From contig JABANN010000385.1 of assembly GCA_013115125.1 (NCBI GenBank), positions 1-33,679 of the forward strand: a stretch of 33,679 bases of DNA. Reading direction: 5' to 3'. Every line of letters starts with the position of its first letter. The stretch's first letter is position 1. Source of the DNA: Perkinsus olseni (Eukaryota). Of this stretch, positions 29,100-33,679 are shown piece after piece. A program made the position numbers and the translations under genes. The notes under the pieces are model-generated. The model was not told where the DNA came from, searched no databases, and was given only the letters and a program-made list of their open reading frames with translations.

Positions 29100-29589
29100 A
29101 ACGGAAAGGCTTTAACGCTGAGACATTCCAACCTCCGCAAGATGCAGGGGATTGCTGGAACGAGTTCTTCGAGCCCAGCTAGTCTTCGCCCGCCCTATTT
29201 CAAGGGGGCTCGCCTCCTGTTGAGTAAGTGCAGGGATGATGGAGATATTGGCCTCGAGCGGCTCCCAGCCTAAATCTTGCAATCTTGAACCTTCTTGCTC
29301 ACCCAAGCATGACAACGTCCGCATAGACCAGCATCACATCCGCAGACCACTTGATAGCATATCGAGATTGAGCTCAATCCGTGCGGTTCTCGGAGGGGAG
29401 GGAAGATTTGCCCTTCGTTTTTCCCAATAAACTCATCCCGACTCACTCCTCTGTCCTGCAGTCACACTGGTAATGTAACAAGTCCTACAGTGTCTCCTCA
29501 TTCTGACACCTCCCCAGCAACCCAACCGAGGAAAGCTCGGACGTCTCACATCTAGTACATCATGTGGGCATGAGTACAGCAAACTATTC

Positions 29590-31665
29590 TCACATATGAC
29601 TGACCTTCGCCCACGGAAGAATGCTGTAGATCAGAGCGCCGACGGCCTTCAGCTGTTCCTTTCTCTTCTTTTCATTTGCACTAAAAGTACTCGGCAGTGT
29701 CGGCTTCGAGGCCCTACCATCGTCCATGCTGAGCTTCTCGATGGTCTTGGCATACTCGAATAGCTGTTCCTCACACAACGCTGTGCCATACGATCCAGTA
29801 ACCTGTCTCGAGCCCTTCTGTATCCTGTACAAGAGGTCGGCAGATGCCTTGGAGAAATCATTAATACCCCAGACCCTAAAATAACAACGATAATCTCACG
29901 CAGTCCTCAAAGCAGCACATGAGCATTGATATGCCGCCCTCACGGAGTACTCACCGTGAGCCTATGATCTCTAGTTCATGCAGCTCCAGCTTACCCGGCA
30001 AGACACTACGCAGGGTTATGGAGAGGACATCCCTCCCAACATTCTGACCAGAGGAGCATCAAGCAGACCAACATCAGGATGAAGCACTTTACCGTGGTTA
30101 TAGGACGGCACGTGTATGGCACTTGCTTCGATTTGGCATGAACATACTCACGAGCGAAAACTGGAACCTCTTCCAGCTTCACGTACGGCGACTCTTCACG
30201 TCGAGCTCTCTCCAGCACAGCCGACACGTTAGCGGCGAACTCCGATCCTTTGCCCGCCCATTCCCGGGCAAGCTGGCCCACCATACCAGACTGCCGCTCA
30301 CGTCTCCGATGGGAAAAGGAAGCGCCTTCTTCCCGCACGAGAGCCGACTCTTGATGATGATCTTGATGCGTGATGACAAACAACCCTGCTTGGCTCCACA
30401 GTTGGAGCCGCTCAGCACAGGAATGGTCGGGCTTGAGTAGCTGAGTGTATGGTATGATGCTGTGCACTCCGAGGAAGATATCTAGACGATGAAAGCCCGT
30501 TATCCTGAGCATGACAATAGAAGTACGACGACACACGAAAGGGGAGTCGCAGATAGGACCCGTTATCCCAGGAGTAGAGGTAGTCCAGAGCACACTTGGT
30601 CGTGGCGATGGGGACTGTATTATCGAAAGTCCAGATCTTGGCACCAACAACGATGCCGCCCTAAACCACCATACGCAAGCATTGCCCTGAGGTCGAGACT
30701 GGGCAAGAAGCGTAATTGCTCCATCTCCAGTCTGTCTTCCTCCGATATGCTATGCATGAAAGATGTGGCGGTAAATGGGCGATTCGGAGTAGAGAAGGAG
30801 TTGAGTGACGTAAATGGTTCCATTCCGTTCGACAGCATCAGCGACCATCACTAAACCACGGATGGTAATTTAGACGAAGCCTTCGAATCATATAGAGTAC
30901 GCCGCGTACTAATGTTCATGCATATACTCCCTCTACTCGTCGTTGCATCATCCAAGCATGACCGAACAAACACACCGACCCCTACGCCTTCATCATCATC
31001 GTCGCCGCTGCTGATCCCATCAGCCGTCGCGTCGCCACTGGGTGAGTAGAGGTAGGAGAGGAAGCACGTATCCTGAGCATTCCGAAGATACGCCAGACGC
31101 ACAGATCCGAGCCGCACCCTACTGTAAGACGACCTCCGGATTTCTCTTCATCCTCTTCCTCCTTCCTAGCCTGAAGAGATGAGAATCCTCGTGACAAAGA
31201 GGCTCCGAGACTGCACCCTTGAAGGGTAATCCTTCAACCTAGCGGAGCCCACGGCTGGATCTACAAACCCTTACGTCATAGAGTTCCCGCCTTTCGATGA
31301 TGTCGCTGACTCCAGAAAGACGAGGGTCCTGACCAAGGGCAAGTGGGCATCAAGGTGGGGGAACACAGCATTCGTTCGATAAGCGCAGAGAGTCCTACCC
31401 CGCCATCCAGGTCGCCCTCTGTGATATCTCCTGTCTGAAAAGGACATCAACTGACACCCACCCGGGACCGCAGTGATGTTAGAGGGAGAGCGCGGAGGAG
31501 GGCGGAAGAACAACGCCTTACTCGTCTCAACTTGCCCTTCTTCCGCCGAACCTTTTTCCACATAGAATTGATTCGTTTCGGCAACTTTGTACCCTCCTTC
31601 GCTGCATGGACAGCTCGATGAACGCTGGATGCGAGCAAGACAGTGACAAAAAGACAACATCGCAT
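29590..31665 (-). CDS. Secreted-family paralogue 4
   Basis: MRCCLFVTVLLASSVHRAVHAA...WKKVRRKKGKLRR|; GGIVVGAK...CALDYLYSWDNG|; LWSQAGL; VPVFAREYVHAK; KLELHELEI; CEEQLFEYAKTIEK...VGALIY. The middle 5' exons (30660-31500) were not fully resolved. Confidence 0.72.
29733..30076. repeat. Near-identical segment, copy A (pairs with 32281-32621)
   Basis: Manual alignment: 13 substitutions plus one 3-bp indel over ~341 bp, including intron sequence. Confidence 0.93.
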
Positions 31666-32146
31666 TGAGAAAGGGCTGAAATAATGGCGAGTGGTCCAGG
31701 ATATCAGCTTCAGGACAACTGCCAGAAATTTCCAGCTCAGCCCGCTGTCCCGCCGTACATGTAGTGCTACCGTTCCCACAACGCGCTCGACAGGCGGCTA
31801 CTCCGGACAATTTAGGCTACACGTTCTCAGCACGCAGACGAGTCCCGACTCGAGAGTTGAATGCCCGATTGCCAGCTGGCCAGGCCTCTCTTCAATACCG
31901 GGTTTCCACCAACTTAGGCCACGCGCTAGCCCCTTGAACACTGGTACTTCGCTACCCGAAGAGCTCAACATCATGAGATCGACTCAGGAGGACAGCCCCA
32001 TGTCCGTTCCTTCTCGCATCGATCACAGTCGAGACTCCGCCCCTCAACCCAACATGATTGAACTCAAGCGAGAGAGACTTCGACATCCCACACCTACCAC
32101 ACCTACCACACGATGAGCACACACATGAAGATCGTATGATGATGGA

Positions 32147-33326
32147 CTAACATACACCCGTGACAGTGTTGTAAATCAGCGTAGCAGCTGCTTCCAGCTG
32201 TATGCCTTTCCTCTCTTCGTCCGTTGCATTGAAGGTAGGGCCAAGTACGGGCTTCGATGCATCGTCGATGCACTCGTGACGCTTCTCGATAGTCTTGGCA
32301 TACTCGAATAGCTGTTCCTCACACAACGCTGTGCCATACAATCCAGCAACCTGTCTCGAGTCCTTCTGTATCCTGTGCAAGAGGTCGGCAGATGCCTTGG
32401 AGAAATCATTAATACCCCACACCCTGAAATAACAACGATAATCTCACGCAGTACTCAAAGCACATGAGCATTAATATGCCGCCCTCACGGAGTACTCACC
32501 GTGAGCCTATGATCTCTAGTTCATGCAGCTCCAGTTTACCCGGCAAGGCGCTTCGCAGGGTTATGGAGAGGACATCCCTCCCAACATTCTGACCAGAGGA
32601 GCATCAAGCAGACCAACATCAAGTTGAGGTATCTTACCACGATTATGGGATAGCACGTGTAAGACACTAGCTTGAATAAGGAATGAACATACTCCCGGAT
32701 GAACACCGGAGCCTCTTCCAGATCAGGGAACTCCGGACGATTCATCCGAGCCTTCTCCTTGATTGCCCGTACGTGGCCCGCTAGGCTCGTACTCGAGTTC
32801 GCAGATCCCTCAGTTAGCAAGGAACGGGCGAAATCGACAACTAAGTCGTCCTCTTTGAGCGGTTCATGTCGTTGTTGTTGTAGAGCGAGTAATAAACCCG
32901 GTCTGCCCCATCTGCGGAGCCGTTCGGTGCAGCTAAGATGGGAGTCGAGTATTTGGGTATAAGGCAAGACGCTGCAGAGGTTGGGGTAAATGTTGATACG
33001 ATTCATACCGGGCAGCCTGAATGACAATACGGTCCAGCTGCGGGTGGCCGAAGAAGGAGATCCTCACTCATTATCCCAAGAGTAGAGGTAGTCGAGAGCA
33101 CATTCTCCCTTCGAGGGGGCGGAGGCAAGCATCCCTACCTTGCCACCAACAACGATACCGCCCTGAAAGTGCACTCCCATTAGATTTCAAATCCAATAAT
33201 TGCCTTTTTTATCATGGCTGAGCGATAGATGAGCGGCGAAGCGCCAAAGGTATCCCGCTGTTCAATACATCTCTCCTGAATCTCAAGAGCGCTCCCAGGA
33301 TCGTCAGTTACACGTTGAATTTGGTC
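32147..33326 (-). CDS. Secreted-family paralogue 5; 5' exons lie beyond, or are interrupted by, the terminal tandem repeat
   Basis: GGIVVGGK...CALDYLYSWDNE|LPGMNRINIYP; WGRPGLLLAL; APVFIREYVH; CEEQLFEYAKTIEK...AATLIYNTVTGVC*. No signal exon lies within the window. Confidence 0.72.
32281..32621. repeat. Near-identical segment, copy B (pairs with 29733-30076)
   Basis: Same alignment as copy A. Confidence 0.93.
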
Positions 33327-33679
33327 CTGGGAGCGCTCCCAGGATCGTCAGTTACACGTTGAATTTGGTCCTGGGAGCGCTCCCAGGATCGTCAGTTACA
33401 CGTTGAATTTGGTCCTGGGAGCGCTCCCAGGATCGTCAGTTACACGTTGAATTTGGTCCTGGGAGCGCTCCCAGGATCGTCAGTTACACGTTGAATTTGG
33501 TCCTGGGAGCGCTCCCAGGATCGTCAGTTACACGTTGAATTTGGTCCTGGGAGCGCTCCCAGGATCGTCAGTTACACGTTGAATTTGGTCCCGGGAGCGC
33601 TCCCAGGATCGTCAGTTACACGTTGAATTTGGTCCTGGGAGCGCTCCCAGGATCGTCAGTTACACGTTGAATTTGGTCC
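33287..33679. repeat. 44-bp tandem repeat (8 full units plus a 41-nt partial, runs off the window end) containing a perfect 20-bp palindrome
   Basis: Unit GAGCGCTCCCAGGATCGTCAGTTACACGTTGAATTTGGTCCTGG at 33287, 33331, 33375 ... 33639. Unit junctions form TCCTGGGAGC|GCTCCCAGGA. One T>C variant at 33592. Confidence 0.98.

Noticed and set aside
33287-33679. CRISPR array (palindromic repeat plus spacer look)
   Set aside because: The 24-bp 'spacers' are all identical, there are no cas genes, and the context is eukaryotic and intron-rich. It is a tandem repeat.

Overview
Gene-dense, intron-rich eukaryotic DNA, not prokaryotic. Most introns are about 40-60 nt GT-AG, with some GC-AG. The style suggests a Perkinsus-like alveolate parasite; this is inference only. 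The ORF track fragments nearly every gene, so models were assembled by hand across splice sites. Left and middle: a partial ferric-reductase-like membrane gene missed by the ORF track, two hypothetical genes, VPS52, a coiled-coil hypothetical, a bestrophin, and an SLC35F6-like transporter (all minus). Then DDX41/abstrakt and a MEA1-like gene (plus), followed by a hypothetical and an FHA-domain gene (minus). The right third (22.2-33.3 kb) is a head-to-tail array of five diverged paralogues of a family I do not recognise. They share a signal-peptide-like start, a polybasic tract, conserved Cys and motif blocks, and conserved intron positions. The array shows a fold-back frameshift, a premature stop, a recent ~96%-identical conversion tract and a conserved 3'UTR motif. 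The window ends in a 44-bp tandem repeat built around a perfect 20-bp palindrome that runs into the fifth paralogue.
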